Part shown: positions 13,445-26,524 of the stretch, in pieces
Layout of the letters: every line of letters begins with the position of its first letter
Position numbering within the stretch: position 1 is the first letter of the stretch
Source of the DNA: Octopus sinensis
Taxonomy: Eukaryota
Reading direction: 5' to 3'
DNA length: 64,000 bases
Assembly: GCF_006345805.1 (NCBI RefSeq)
Contig: NC_043003.1
Coordinates: forward strand, 32,922,001-32,986,000
Position numbers and translations under genes: made by a program
Notes under the pieces: generated by a model
What the model saw: only the letters and a program-made list of their open reading frames with translations
Databases searched by the model: none
What the model was told of the DNA's origin: nothing

Positions 13445-13870
13445 TAGGGCGGTAGAGAGAATCGTTACAACGTCAGAAAAAAGACCTCGTAATATTTCTT
13501 CTTGTTCTTTACGTTCTGATTTCTAATCACTCCGAGGTCAGCTTTGCTTTTCATCCTTCCTGGTGCCAGTCGAGTACTAAGGTCGACTCACCACCTCCTT
13601 CAAATTTTACGGCTTGAGCCTATATTAAAAATAATTACGTGCCGAGATTAAGGTAAAAATTAATAATGCCCAGGATAATCACAAGCTGCAAATTTGTTTA
13701 GAAAAGGATCAGGCAGTTATACTGATAACTCTATTTGACTGCTAATGAATTTTACCGATTCTGAAGGGAAGCGAAACAAAGAGGGTCTCGGCGGTATTTT
13801 ACTTTTGAACCAGAACAAATGCTGCAAAGTAGTTAGTTTGTTATTCTAACGATTCTGCCAATCAACCGCC
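13445..13870. mobile_element. Two old SINE family B copies in inverted (tail-to-tail) orientation
   Basis: Plus copy GGCGGTAGAGAGAATCGTTA...GAGGTCAGCTTTGCTTTTCATCCTT. Minus copy ends TAACGATTCTGCCAATCAACCGCC. Confidence 0.6.
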
Positions 13871-15538
13871 ACACAAGACAGCATCATCACGAACTCCAGA
13901 ACAAAAACTTATCTCCAGAGAGTAACAATCTGGAATGAATATTAATCGATCATTTGTCTTTTGATTTACGTACACGACTAATACTTATATTGTTTATTCG
14001 TTTCAACCACTCCACTGTGATTATGATGTTGTACTACCTCCAAGTCAATCATATCAACGAAAGTGGCATTTAATTCAGTCTGCTACTTATTCTAAGCTTC
14101 CTGTACCATTTTAACTAGAGACTCCGTGACAAGCAATATAAAACGAAGAAATCTCAGCAAAGTCTCCTTCCCATTCAATAGGGTTTCGCAGCAGTTACTT
14201 TTGTTCCTGCGTGAAACTGTGCATACTAAAACACCGAAATTTATATCTTTAAAAAGGAAGAAACAAAACTGCTATTTTGGTGCCACTAATGCGGTTCTTT
14301 GGTGTCTAATTTTAAATCGTTTGCTGTTAATATAGTTCTATAAACTTGACACAATATATTGCAACAACCCACTCTATTAATTAACAAGAATACTGAACTG
14401 TTATATTACTGCAACTGAAGTGGTTATTTGTTAGTGAATTGTAAGCCATTACCTGTATATATCATTTTATAAAGTTAATGGAAACTTTTAATCTCAAAGG
14501 AATTTCTAACCAAAGGAAAGCGACTAATTGGGTATCTAATCTTAAAAATACACCTATACTAGTAAGTAGTAGTAGTTGACATTCACCGAAATAGTGATTC
14601 TAGTATCAGATCCACTCTAGCAAATCAGAAGTTAATCTCGCAAGCCCATGACCAGGAACATCAGTTAGAAGTTGTGAACGTCTCACTACTCAGAATCAAG
14701 TGTACAAACGATCGCGTGTATCTTTTTGTCCGTGAAATTTCAAGTAATGGAGTTTTGAGAAAAACTGTTAAATATTTTAATACAATTGTGCAGACTACTT
14801 TTTCATTCACAAACACTCTCACACACGCATGTATATGGTAATAGTCATAAAACGATCACGAAATAATTCGTCGATGAAGGAAACAATATATTTTAAGATT
14901 AGAGAATAAACTGAAAAAGAAAATGTATTCAAGCCTCATTAATATGGTTTCACTGTTCTGATACACTTCGTATGTATGTATGTATGTATGTATGTATGTA
15001 TGTATGTATGTATGTATGTATGTATGTATGTATGTATGTATACATGTATGCATGTATGTATGCATGTATGTATGTATGTGTGTACGCGCACGATTGTGTG
15101 TGTGCATGTATGTATTTATGTATGTATGGTATGAGAGCGGGTTGTATATGTATTCCATTGTCACATTCACTGACATCCGTCTTCATTTTCGCTCATTTTG
15201 CTTTTACTGCCGATCGTATCTGCAAAACATGGTTAAATAGACAGCGCTCTCTAAGACTCTCGTCAAAATTGAAATTAATGCACACAGACACACGCGCACA
15301 CATGCACAGACATGGACACAGACATGGACATGCACAGACACACAAGCACACACACACACATACACACAAACACTCACACATACACATAGACGTATATATT
15401 TTTTGATATTTTAGTATATATATATATACACACACACAAAGATATATAAACACCTACGTATGTATATATGCATATATATATATACATATATATATTATAT
15501 ATATATATGTAAATATATACATATATATATATACATAC

Positions 15539-15579
<41 letters not shown>

Positions 15580-15587
15580 TATATATA

Positions 15588-15638
<51 letters not shown>

Positions 15639-15789
15639 CATATATATTATACATATATACACATCTCTATATATATGCATGTGCTAATTAATATGCAGTG
15701 TGCATGCTGAATACGTTTATATTTTATTTCTATTTTTTTAGTGTCATTTCTGTTGCTATCGTTGCTAACACTGACAGTCATATGTTTTC

Positions 15790-16018
15790 ATTTCATCATC
15801 ATCATCATCATCATCATCATTATCATCATCCTCATCATCATCATCATCATCATCACCACCATCATCATCATCATCATCAATGGTCACCGTCACCAACTAC
15901 CACCACTACACCTACCTTCTTGAGAGCAACGTACACCATGAACAATGCTTTCCTTTTCTTTCTTTATTGTTGCATGCTAATTTGATATTGTTGTTCTTGA
16001 TGCAACCACCATCACCTT

Positions 16019-16071
<53 letters not shown>

Positions 16072-16133
16072 ATACTGCTGCTGCTGCTAATACTGCTGCT
16101 ACTGCTGCTGCTGCTGCTGCTGCTTCCGTTGCA

Positions 16134-16190
<57 letters not shown>

Positions 16191-16323
16191 ATTCTTCTTC
16201 TTCTTCTTCTTCTTCTTCTTCTCTTCTCTTTCTTCTTCTCTTTCTTCTTCTTCTTGTTCTTGTTATTCTTCGTCTTCTTCTTGTTCTTCTTGTTCTTCCT
16301 CTTCTTCTTCTCTTCTTCTTCTT

Positions 16324-16354
<31 letters not shown>

Positions 16355-16372
16355 TTATTATTATTATTATTA
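15790..16372. repeat. Compound trinucleotide array (CAT)n-(CTA)n-(CTG)n-(TTA)n-(TTC)n-(TTA)n
   Basis: Directly visible. It explains the poly-H/I/L/F/S ORFs here. Confidence 0.9.
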
Positions 16373-16871
16373 TAGCAGCAGTTGATGTTGTTATTTTAAT
16401 GTTTGGTTTGTCTTGTTAGTATTATTATCATTGTCATTATTTTCAATTTCAACGCATTCTCTCATTTTCGTTGTTGTTTGGCGCTTTAGGGTTCAGGCTT
16501 CCAAGACACGAATACTGCCATGTTGTGTTGTAAAACACAATTAAGCACATAACGAAGATAAGATAAATTTTTAATTGGTCATCAAAATGCAAGTGGAAAA
16601 CACTATTACAAACTAAAGCTTGTCCACAGATCGTCTCTCTCTAATTAATCACCCCGCACCTACGTACGTTACTCTATGTCATACGAGCGCATCTTGCATA
16701 TTTAGCAGTGATTTTACAATCTTTAATTTTCCCCTTTCAATGGCGCAGTATACATACATATACACATATATACATGAATGCATATTCATACACACACATA
16801 CATATGTTCGAGTATGTAAGCATGCATACACACATCACACACACACAAACACACAGACAAAGTCACATATA

Positions 16872-16913
<42 letters not shown>

Positions 16914-17770
16914 ATATAATTATATATTATATATATATATAATCACATACATACATTTATATATATATACAAATATATATATTTACTTAGCACTAAATTG
17001 CTTTTAGCATACATCTAAGTACACACAATCTCGCTCAAACTATACACTCTCTTAAATGCATAGAGACATGAGCAAGTTTGCGGAGATCCGTGTCATACAT
17101 GTTAGACTCACCGTGCATTCATTTTTATTTCTGTCCATATATATATATATACACACACACATATGTATATATATATATATATATATATAAATATTTTTTC
17201 TTTAGTTTTGGCTTAACAGGTCTCAATGTTTGTGTTATTGTTATTCTCCTTGTCCTGTCCTTTACTGTTTATATTTTGTACTGTCTTTACTGTCTTGTTG
17301 TTGTTACCAATTTTACCCCTCCGCAAAAAAATCTCAAATTTTATTTAATTTGCCTTTTGCGGGAAGGAATGTTTTATAGAAGTCGTGTCTCGCCTTGACC
17401 TTCGAAACGCAGAGTAGATGAAACAGAGGCGACTGAAGAAGAGGAATTATCCTTGTATTGTATATCCCGTACTCTATTCTTTCGTTGTTTAAGAAAAATG
17501 TCCATTTCCTTGGTTTTGTGTATATATTTTCGTTTCTCATTGTGTTCGACGTTTTTTTGGTGTCCTGTACCCATATATGCATGTATATACATGTAGAGGT
17601 AGGTAGTACATATATGTATGTATATATGCATATGTTTTATATTATTTATTAATTTATTATATGACGGAACGCACGCATCCATTTCTAAGTAAGTTTGTTC
17701 TATATACATATATATATATATATATATATGCATATATATCTACTTAGCTATGTATATATAATGTGCATAT

Positions 17771-17801
<31 letters not shown>

Positions 17802-18335
17802 CATATATATAAATATTATATTATATAAATGCTATTTCAGCTATACATATTCACGCAATCACCCTTACGTGATGATACATGGATACATGCTATGCCTACA
17901 TACCTATAACAGAGATTTTGTATATGCTTGGTACGAATTTATGGTATATTCATACATATACTATGATGAAACATTTGGAATCTCTTGAACGGTCTATGCC
18001 AGATTTGGAGTTATTCATATGAATATAACTGCGAACGTACATTATGATATATATTAAAAGCTAAAGATGTTTGTCGTAGGCAGAAACGCCATGATGCAGT
18101 GTTAAACACCTAGCAGTAATCACTTATTTGCATTTTGAATTAAAATTCCCATAGACCTCATTTTGTTTTTATTCCAACCGCATAGCATTCATAAAGTAAG
18201 GACTCAATCAAATTTTTTTTTTGACTTAACCTGGTATCCTCATTCGTGATTTTATATCCTTATGCCATAAATTTAATAAATGAACCTCCTTTATATCATA
18301 TTTCGAACTGCCACTCTTGGTTCTCTGTGTCGGGC

Positions 18336-18565
18336 GTACCTTAAAGTGGAGCGTTTTTTTCTTATCTGATTTTCAATTTCGTGATGGCAAATCAAAATAA
18401 CTAGTGCTTTTTTTCCCCACTTTTTCCACTTTTCGATGCATGATTGGAGACAGAAGATATTGTGGCACAGTTCTAAGCTTTAACACCAGTTATTTTGACG
18501 TCAATTTTACGGCACAACCCCATGATGAATTCGAAAACCGAAAAAATCGCTCCACTCTAGTGTAC
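18336..18565. mobile_element. Old MITE with degenerate long terminal inverted repeats
   Basis: GTACCTTAAAGTGGAGCGTTTTTT...TCAAAATAACTAGTG versus CACCAGTTATTTTGA...AAAAAATCGCTCCACTCTAGTGTAC. Confidence 0.55.
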
Positions 18566-19348
18566 ATAGGTACGTGTAAAAAAAAGACACCCTTCTCACT
18601 TCCCCCCAAAACCCAACCAAAGAATTAAACAAAAACAAGCAAAACAAAAGGACCTGACTATATATAGGGAATAATACATTATAAAATCCTCCTGTGTATT
18701 TCCGCGAGATGTATAGCATCTCACCTTAAAGGTTTCTTCTAAGTATTCGTAGACAATAAACCTGTCGGAAAGCCCAAAACGAAATACATTACCTGCAGAA
18801 CATAAAGAGGGGCTTTTGCGAAATCAAAACAGATCATTAGCCACACCATTTCCACCTGCGAGATAATGTTACCAACATAGTAACTCTCGAAATGGCATGA
18901 TATTATAGGAAGAGCAGTCTTGATTAAAATAAGTAAGAATAAAGATAATAACTAATGAAGATAAAATGATGACATTTAGATTATTGCTGAGAATGAATAT
19001 TGGTGGATGCTAAACGTTATAGCTCGCGACTGATATCGTTATTAGGACCGAAAAATAAAGTATGATCAGCATAGATATTCTGTGCAGCTGATTCCAGCGT
19101 GGTGAAACCAAATAAATTAAAGAAACAGCTTACAGTTGTTTCTAGGATATTATGGATATCCTTATTTCGAACTCAAATATTTACCTCTATCTAACCATCT
19201 CATGTCATCTGATGAAAACGGATATCCATAATATCACAGAAACAGCCGTAAGACTATATCTGTATCTTTTCCTTATAAATGTCCTGGAAATTCCTAACAG
19301 CCTTGGCTTTGTTATCACATTTTGTCAAATATATATATATATATATAT

Positions 19349-19399
<51 letters not shown>

Positions 19400-19539
19400 G
19401 TGTGTATGTATGTGTGTGTGTGTATGTGTGAGTGTGTATGAAAAATCCTGGAATGTTTCACGCATATCTTTGGGATTGTAAGCCGTATCAGATCCTAAAA
19501 TTGCAGCCAATGCATAATAGTAAAGATACAATCGTTTCT

Positions 19540-20179
19540 ATATGGGATCTTAAGTTCTCCTGTACCGTGTGGCGCATTGGGTGATAATGCTTCTCCAACG
19601 TGTCAATGGATTTGAGGTCATCGATGAAGGAGCGAAACCAAGTTGCTTTTAATCGCTCTTCTTTTCTCTTGCCATGCGATGGCTTCCACAAAATGGTGGT
19701 TTTAGCATGCTGCGAAGATGGTAATCGGAAAGGTATGGTAGCTGAAATACATTGAGTCTCCGCGCGATCTTTGCCGATGTCTTCCACATTTCCGCCGTGT
19801 TTATTGCCGATGGTATGACGATACTGTTGAAGAGGTGCACTTTGGTCTTGGTGGAGATCACCCTGCCTGCTCAGTTAGGTTTGAGTCTTTGAAAGGCAAC
19901 CGAGGCCTTCCCGATCTGGCAGGCAACGTCGCATTCGGCGTCTCCGTCGTTGGCCACGACGCTGCCCAAATAGGTGAACTCATGAACTTCTCCGATTTGG
20001 TGTTGTCCAGTCATCAAGGGGACAACATTTTTGTTCCCATCGACATATTCAATCCTCATGGTCTTCGTCTTGTTTGCACTAATGCAGAGTCCGATCTTGG
20101 CCGCCTTCCGTTCCAATCAATCTGTCATTGTGCGAATGACATTCTTCGTCACTCGAGGAGCGCGATGTCATCGGCGAAG

Positions 20180-20180
<1 letters not shown>
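19540..20180 (-). mobile_element. RTE-clade LINE, 5'-truncated RT C-terminal fragment
   Basis: FADDIALL, AAKIGLCISANKTKTM, VHEFTYLGSVV, RIGKA-like QIGKASVAFQRL, ISTKTKVHLFNSIVIP, RRLNVFQL. Stops and frameshifts present. Confidence 0.9.
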
Positions 20181-20234
<54 letters not shown>

Positions 20235-20738
20235 TTTGGGGATTTGGTTTGCAAGATTCTTTATGTGAGTTCGTGTGTTGAAGCATATTCTGTTGGAAAT
20301 TTTACCGGTGAATGTGTTGAATCATAAAGCACTAAAAGAGAATGACTCTCCCCACACACAACAGAATATATATATATATATATACACAGGCATACATTTA
20401 CACTCCAACATATACGTATATAATAAATGTATATATTACATATGTACACACACATATATATACACATATACATCCTCCTATCACCCTCCTATCACTCACC
20501 TACAACCGCAGATGTACAAGCATATGCATATCTGTAAAAAAGAAGGAGACGTTTGCATGAAAGTCGCACTTATGCACCGGACACAGTCCTACACTCATAT
20601 ACATACATACACGCGTACACATATATACACACGCACACACTTATACATTTAATATATACATAGATATACATATACTCACACATGTACACATTCACAAAAT
20701 TAAAAAGGAAAAAATTAGCATACATATATACATACTTA

Positions 20739-21649
20739 CAGGGTGCGATGGGTAAAGTGTCCCCATTTCATATTTTTAATTTCGCGTATGCGCTTTGTCT
20801 GTTTTTGATTTTGTCGGCTACAGAGTATTGTAGAATCAGTTGCGCACCGTCTGTGAGAAGACCAGCACTACGACGCAATTCACTCTGCCAGAAATTTGGA
20901 AACGACATGATGCATGGCTTGGCGTTCGCGCCGGAAGCACCAACAAGAAGTGTTTGAGTGTCAATCTGATGACAGTACAATCTGAGGACAGTACAATCTG
21001 AGGACAGTGAAGGCTGAGGACATGTACAGGGAGGGATAAAAATCAAACATCCAGTCAACATCATGGTGTTTGGAGTGATCACTAGTGATGGTGACGTTAT
21101 ACTTCCATTCATATTCCACATGGCCTCAGACTCAACACGGAGGCCTACATCAAGTGTCTGGAGGAGATAGTTCTGCTCTGGATCAAGAAGGTGGCCGCTA
21201 GTAGACCCTATGTCTAGCAACAAGACTCTGTATCATGCCACACAGGCAGGAGAACCCAGTAATATCTGTCAAATAATTTCTGCGACCACACCACCCCTAC
21301 CATCTGGCCACCTAACACCCCAGACTGCAACTCACTTGATCATTATGTGCGGGGTGCAGTTGTGCGAGAGACTAATAAAACTTCTTGCAACACTAAAGAT
21401 GAACTGAAGGCAAGGATTATGGCAGCAGTCACCAAATTAAACAAGGAGACCGCTCACAATAGTTGCAGGAGGTTTCGAAGTCATCTGGAGGGTCCGTGGT
21501 TGAAGCCAATGGCGATTTTATTGAATAGACTTACTCTTTAGTATTTCAAGATATTTTAATGTAATTTTGGTAAATATATGTTAAAATGAGATATCAGTGT
21601 TATTTTCATCTTTGCGTAATTTAGACGTCAGTTTATTCACAACACTCTG
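20739..21649 (+). mobile_element. Internally deleted maT-like Tc1/mariner element
   Basis: TA|CAGGGTG ... CACTCTG|TA termini. Remnants KHPVNIMVFGVITSDGDV and WPPNTPDCNSLDHYVRGAVVRETNKTSCNTKDELKARIMAA. Confidence 0.8.
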
Positions 21650-21659
21650 TATATATATA

Positions 21660-22063
21660 CTCTCTTACTCTTTTACTTGTTTCAGTCATTTGACTGTGGC
21701 CATGCTGGAGCACCGCCTTTAGTCGAGCAACTCGACCCCGGGACATATTCTTTGTAAGCCCAGTACTTATTCTATCAGTCTCTTTTGCCGAACCGCTAAG
21801 TGACGGGGACGTAAACACACCAGCATCGGTTGTCAAGCAATGCTAGGGGGGACAAACACAGACACACAAACATATACACACATACATATATATACATATA
21901 TACGACGGGCTTCTTTCAGTTTCCGTCTACCAAATTCACTCACAAGGCATTGGTCGGCCCGAGGCTATAGCAGAAGACACTTGCCCAAGATGCCACGCAG
22001 TAGAACTGAACCCAGAACCATGTGGTTGGTAAGCAAGCTACTTACCACACAGCCACTCCTGCG
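21660..22063 (-). mobile_element. Bipartite tRNA-derived SINE, family A (full length)
   Basis: Head GCAGGAGTGGCTGTGTGGTAAG (A box)...GGTTCAGTTC (B box), central (TA/TG)n spacer, tail GGCGGTGCTCCAGCATGGCCACAGTCAAATGACTGAAACAAGTAAAAGAG. Many copies in the window. Confidence 0.9.
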
Positions 22064-22071
22064 TATATATA

Positions 22072-22220
22072 TACGGCGGGATTCTTTCCGTTTCTTTCTA
22101 CCAAATCCACTCACTAGTCTTCGGTCGGCCTGAAGCTATATTAGAAGACACTAGATCGATGTGCCACGCAGATGGATTGAACCCAAATTCATGTGATTGA
22201 GAAGCAAAGTTCTTCACACT
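22072..22220 (-). mobile_element. SINE family A, older left-arm copy
   Basis: Similar to 21905-22050. Confidence 0.7.
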
Positions 22221-23212
22221 GAGACCCTTCCAATCCCCGCTATACACACGCATATATCGCCAAATACACACTGACCCTCACCCTCTCTCACACACACGTA
22301 CACTGAAAGACTCCTAATTAGTATTGGATCTGCTTCGGTCATTCACCTTACTCTTTCAATTTACTATAATGGCTTACTTGCCACTATCGGCACAATAGTT
22401 TCTGTTGTGTGAGTAACACCATTAATACCATCATAACAACCAATAATTAATGAAACAAGATAGATTTCCATACAATTTCATATCAATTTCTTTCCATTCC
22501 TCTCTGATGTCTCTCTTCTTCATTATCTTGCTCACTTTCTCTATCTATCTGACTGTCTACTTCTCTGCTTGTCATTCTCATCTCTGTCTGATTGCCTCTC
22601 CATCTCTCTATCTCCGGTTTTACTGTTCTGTATCCTAACTCGCTATTTACAAGCTTTCATAATTATGTATATTTCTTTTTTTTTTTTTTTCGTTTTCTTC
22701 CATAGACTTCTCTCTTTTTGTTTCCATGCCTATTTGTAGTTTTATCTTGTTATCTTCTTTTTAAAATGCTCTTACCTCTATCCTCATTATTCTCGAAGTG
22801 TTCGAGTCTTTCAAGCCGTTATATTTGGTCCATCTTTTCTTCCCACTCCCCTAACATGACTGAGGCGAATTGCCTATGCGCAGGAAATACGCATATGACA
22901 GGGTCTCATATATACAACAGAGTGAGATGAAAAAGTTAAGCTCATTTGTGATTATCTATGCAATAAAGAGAAAACAACCACTGAACGGTAGTTTATACAC
23001 ACACACACACACACACACATACACACACAAATATAATCTAGTCTTTACGAGACTAATAACCTGGTATAGAACTCAAAAATACGTATGTTGCAGAACAGAG
23101 TGTTAGATGCGTATGGATCGGTAATAATAAGAAATGGCACAGGAAACACAATGGTTATTCCTAACAAGGCCATTGTTTTCCCGTGTCACCTCTTTTTCTC
23201 ATATATATAATA

Positions 23213-23596
23213 CTAGCAGTATCGCCCGGCGTTGCTCGGGTTTGTAAGGGAAATAACTATATAAGCATTTTTAGAGATGTAAAGTAAAATAGCCATCTCA
23301 ATATGGCTAACCACAAAGGGGGGTGTTACTGTAGCTTTTTACGTTCTGAGATTTAATAATACATTTTTAGAGAGTTACTTCCCTTATATAATAGCAAAAT
23401 AAATGGATTAAAAATGGGAAAAAATAATGGTAAATTTTTTTTAAATCGTAGACTCATTGTAGACGCGCGATAATACCCAGAAGGGCTCGATATGAATCAC
23501 GACTATAAGATACCCGCTTTTGGTTACACTGCACCGCAAAATGTGGGAGTAGTTAGGAATCTAAATCGGAGTAGACGGACACACAACCTTACTTTT

Positions 23597-23607
<11 letters not shown>
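23213..23607 (-). mobile_element. Non-autonomous Helitron
   Basis: Minus-strand 3' end CCCGAGCAACGCCGGG hairpin + 8 nt + CTAG|T. The 5' end merges into (TA)n followed by AAAAGTAAGGTTGTGTGTCCGTCT. Confidence 0.8.
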
Positions 23608-23638
<31 letters not shown>

Positions 23639-23858
23639 TATTTTTGTATATGTATAGCAGAGAAAAAAAAACCCACAAAGACGAGGTAAAAAACACACCG
23701 ACAAAGATGATATATGAGGTTTACGCTCACATACAGAAGTCATTTACATTTTCAGCATAGAAAAAGAATAGGCGGGAGTTGGGGAAAGAAATGGAAAGAG
23801 TAAAGAATACACGTGTCTCAAATAAGTCACCATATACATATATGTATATGTGTACACA

Positions 23859-23915
<57 letters not shown>

Positions 23916-24365
23916 GAGAACAAAGTGAAAAATGGGAGAAGAACGCAAAACATCCGCACAACTAGGTGATACAAAAAGGGACTACAAAACATCCAGATAG
24001 ACGATACAAAAAACAAGGAGGGGTCATTCGAAGCTTTATATCCTCATTCAAGAACCAGATCATCCTCGCAATTTCGGTTGATTAATCTTGACATATATAT
24101 ATGTGTGTGTGTATGTATGTATGTATGTATGTATGTATGTATGTATGTATGTATGTATGTATGTATGTGTATATATATTAGAAGTACTAAAGTTGTCGAG
24201 AACTCAACTGCCAGTTAAACATATCTGAAATCTGACGATTATTCTATGTATGAAAGCGCTAATTTAAATTTATGAGCATTACAAAATATATGTTTTAATG
24301 TTAAAATACAATAATAAAAAATGTGAAAACCAGACCGTTTAAACTTTATTCTATTCAAATGATAG

Positions 24366-24404
<39 letters not shown>

Positions 24405-24445
24405 CATATAAAATTAATTAATTAAGAATTAATAAGCTTAAGTAG

Positions 24446-24709
24446 TACTTTATAATTAGGGTTCAGCAAAGATTTGCTTCACCACATACCGAAGTTTAGA
24501 AATAGCAGTCAAAAGACCTTAGCTATTTCTTCTACTTTAAAAGGGACTCCCAGAAAAACCTAAGTACTTGAAAACAATCTACGCAGGCAAAGAGAAAAAA
24601 TAACGAAAATCAATCCATATTTGAAGAAATAGCTAAGGTTTTTTGACTGCTATTTCTAAACTTCGGTATGTGGTGAAGCAAATCTTTGCTGAAACCTTAT
24701 TATAAAGTA
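24446..24709. repeat. 87-bp near-perfect inverted repeat with ~90-bp spacer
   Basis: 24446-24532 TACTTTATAATTAGGGTTCAGCAAAGATTTGCTTCACCACATACCGAAG...GCTATTTCTTC is the reverse complement of 24623-24709 with a few mismatches. Confidence 0.9.
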
Positions 24710-25733
24710 TATATATATATATACATACATACATACACATACATATTTGAATATATATGCAACTCTACGGTAACAGTGGGAGTGAGATAGTAGATCTGAA
24801 AAATAAAAAGCAGTACATTGCAGCAAAGACATGGTTTCAAGAGTTGGTGTTGATCACAAAACAGTCTATAATGTCATGAAACGCTACAGTGAGACAGGTT
24901 CAGTCGACAGCAAGCCCATTCCTGGTCGAAAATAATCCGTAAGGAAGCAATTGGTGGATGTTGCCCGAAAGAGAGTGTTGCGAAATGCACAGCGGAGCAC
25001 GAGGCAAATGGCTAAATGACTCGATATTTCCAAGACAACAATGTGACAGGTCGTGCACGTAGATTTAAATTGTAAGTCCTTAAAATTGCAACTTCGACAC
25101 CCGATTTCAGCCGCTGCCAAAGCAATTCGACTGGACACGTGCAAGAAAATGGCAGATGCGATTCAAAGCACCGGTGACAATGTCATCATCTAGTCGGACA
25201 AACAGATATTCACTGTGAAGGCTGTGGAGAACACTCAAAATGACAGGATTTTGGCAACGAGGTCGGTTGTTGTTGCCGAAGGCGCTCGTCAGGTGCTTTG
25301 CCGAATGAAACCCGCCAGAATAATGATTTGAACGGTAGTGTCATCCGATGGTGGAAAATTTTTTCTGATCTTTATTAAAGAGGGGACGAAGATAAATTTA
25401 CATGAAAATGTTGGAGGATAACTGAAGCGCTTGGAAATAATTACGTGTTCACGCAAGATGGCACTTCTTCTCATACGTCCAATGCACCACAATAGAAGCT
25501 ATTTCAGCGGATTTTGGGACAAGAATGTGTGGTCCTTCTTCAACCCAGACATCAAACCTATGGACTTCGATATTTGGCCCATGAGAATTTCCTACAAAAA
25601 TAACCCCAAGATTCCGAGTTCGATTCCAAGCAGTGACCTGAACAATAATAATAATGATAATAATAATAATAATAATAATAATAACATCTAAGAATACCTT
25701 AGAAATGAGAACCTAGGTTCGAAATTTCCCCAA

Positions 25734-25779
25734 GATACCTGGAGAAGGCTGGAAGGTATATCAGCCGAAACGTTGTGTT
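25734..25779 (+). ncRNA. Minimal type-I hammerhead ribozyme motif (core mutated in this copy)
   Basis: GATAC-CTGGAGA-A-GGCTG-GAAGGTATAT-CAGCC-GAAACGTT-GTGTT. The paralog at 38295 has canonical CTGATGA. Stem I GA(C/T)AC:GTGTT, stem II GGCTG:CAGCC, palindromic AACGTT as stem III. Confidence 0.7.
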
Positions 25780-25805
25780 AACAACAAACAAGATGAGGAC
25801 AAATA

Positions 25806-26034
25806 ATTCTTTATTAACCACAAGGGACTAAACATAGAGTGGACAAACAAGGACAGACAAACGGATTAAATCAATTATATCGACCCCAGTGCGTAACTGG
25901 TACTTAATTTATCGACCCCGAAAGGATGAAAAGCAAAGTCGACCTCGGCGGAATTTGAAATCAGAACGTAGCGGCAGACGAAATACCGCTAGGCATTTCG
26001 CCCGGCGTGCTAACGATTCTGCCAGCTCGCCGCC
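25806..26034 (-). mobile_element. tRNA-derived SINE family B (MetaSINE-like core), full length with 16-bp TSD
   Basis: Head GGCGGCGAGCTGGCAGAATCGTTAG, core GAGGTCGACTTTGCTTTTCATCCTTTCGGGGTCGATAAATTAAGTACCAG. TSD AAGATGAGGACAAATA (25790-25805) / AAGATGAAGACAAATA (26035-26050). The Meta-domain label is from memory. Confidence 0.9.
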
Positions 26035-26106
26035 AAGATGAAGACAAATATCCGTCGAATGTAAATAATGTAAAAATATCACCGTTCTGAAGAGAGTTGC
26101 ATCATA

Positions 26107-26524
26107 GGCGCAGGAGTGACTATGTGGTAAGTAGCTTGTTTACCAACCACATGGTTCCGGGTTCAGTCCCACTGCGTGGCACCTTGCGCAAGTGTCTTCT
26201 ACTATAGCCTCGGGCCGACCAAAGCCTTGTGAGTGGATTTGGTAGACGGAAACTGAAAGAAGCCCGTCGTATATATGTATATATATATATATATATATAT
26301 GTGTGCGTGTATGTTTGTGTGTCTGTGTTTGTCCCCCTACCATTGCTTAACAACCGATGCTGGTGTGTTTACGTCCCCGTCACTTAGCGGTTCGGCAAAA
26401 GAGACCGATAGAATAAGTACTGAGCTTACAAAGAATAAGTCCCGGGGTCGATTTGCTCGATTAAAGGCGCTGCTCCAGCATGGCCGCAGTCAAATGACTG
26501 AAACAAGTAAAAGAGTAAAGAGTA
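26107..26524 (+). mobile_element. SINE family A, full length
   Basis: High identity to the reverse complement of 21660-22063. Confidence 0.9.

Larger units (their letters stand above)
25600..26075 (+). mobile_element. tRNA-head/(AAT)n/hammerhead repeat (family H), interrupted by a SINE B
   Basis: TAACCCCAAGATTCCGAGTTCGATTCC (B box), (AAT)n, ATACCTTAGAAATGAGAACCTAGGTTCGAAATTTCCCCAAGA, hammerhead motif, tail ending TGTAAATAATGTAAA. Homologous to 35794-38148 and 38144-38397. Confidence 0.8.

Noticed and set aside
15698-15985. Poly-His ORF resembling a transcription-factor tract
   Set aside because: (CAT)n within a compound microsatellite; no domain or splice support.
17200-17580. pLTR-like repeat with CGAAAC and CTGAAGA motifs (similar style at 23915-24090)
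   Set aside because: Motif order and stems do not form a hammerhead I can draw; family identity is unsupported from this window alone.
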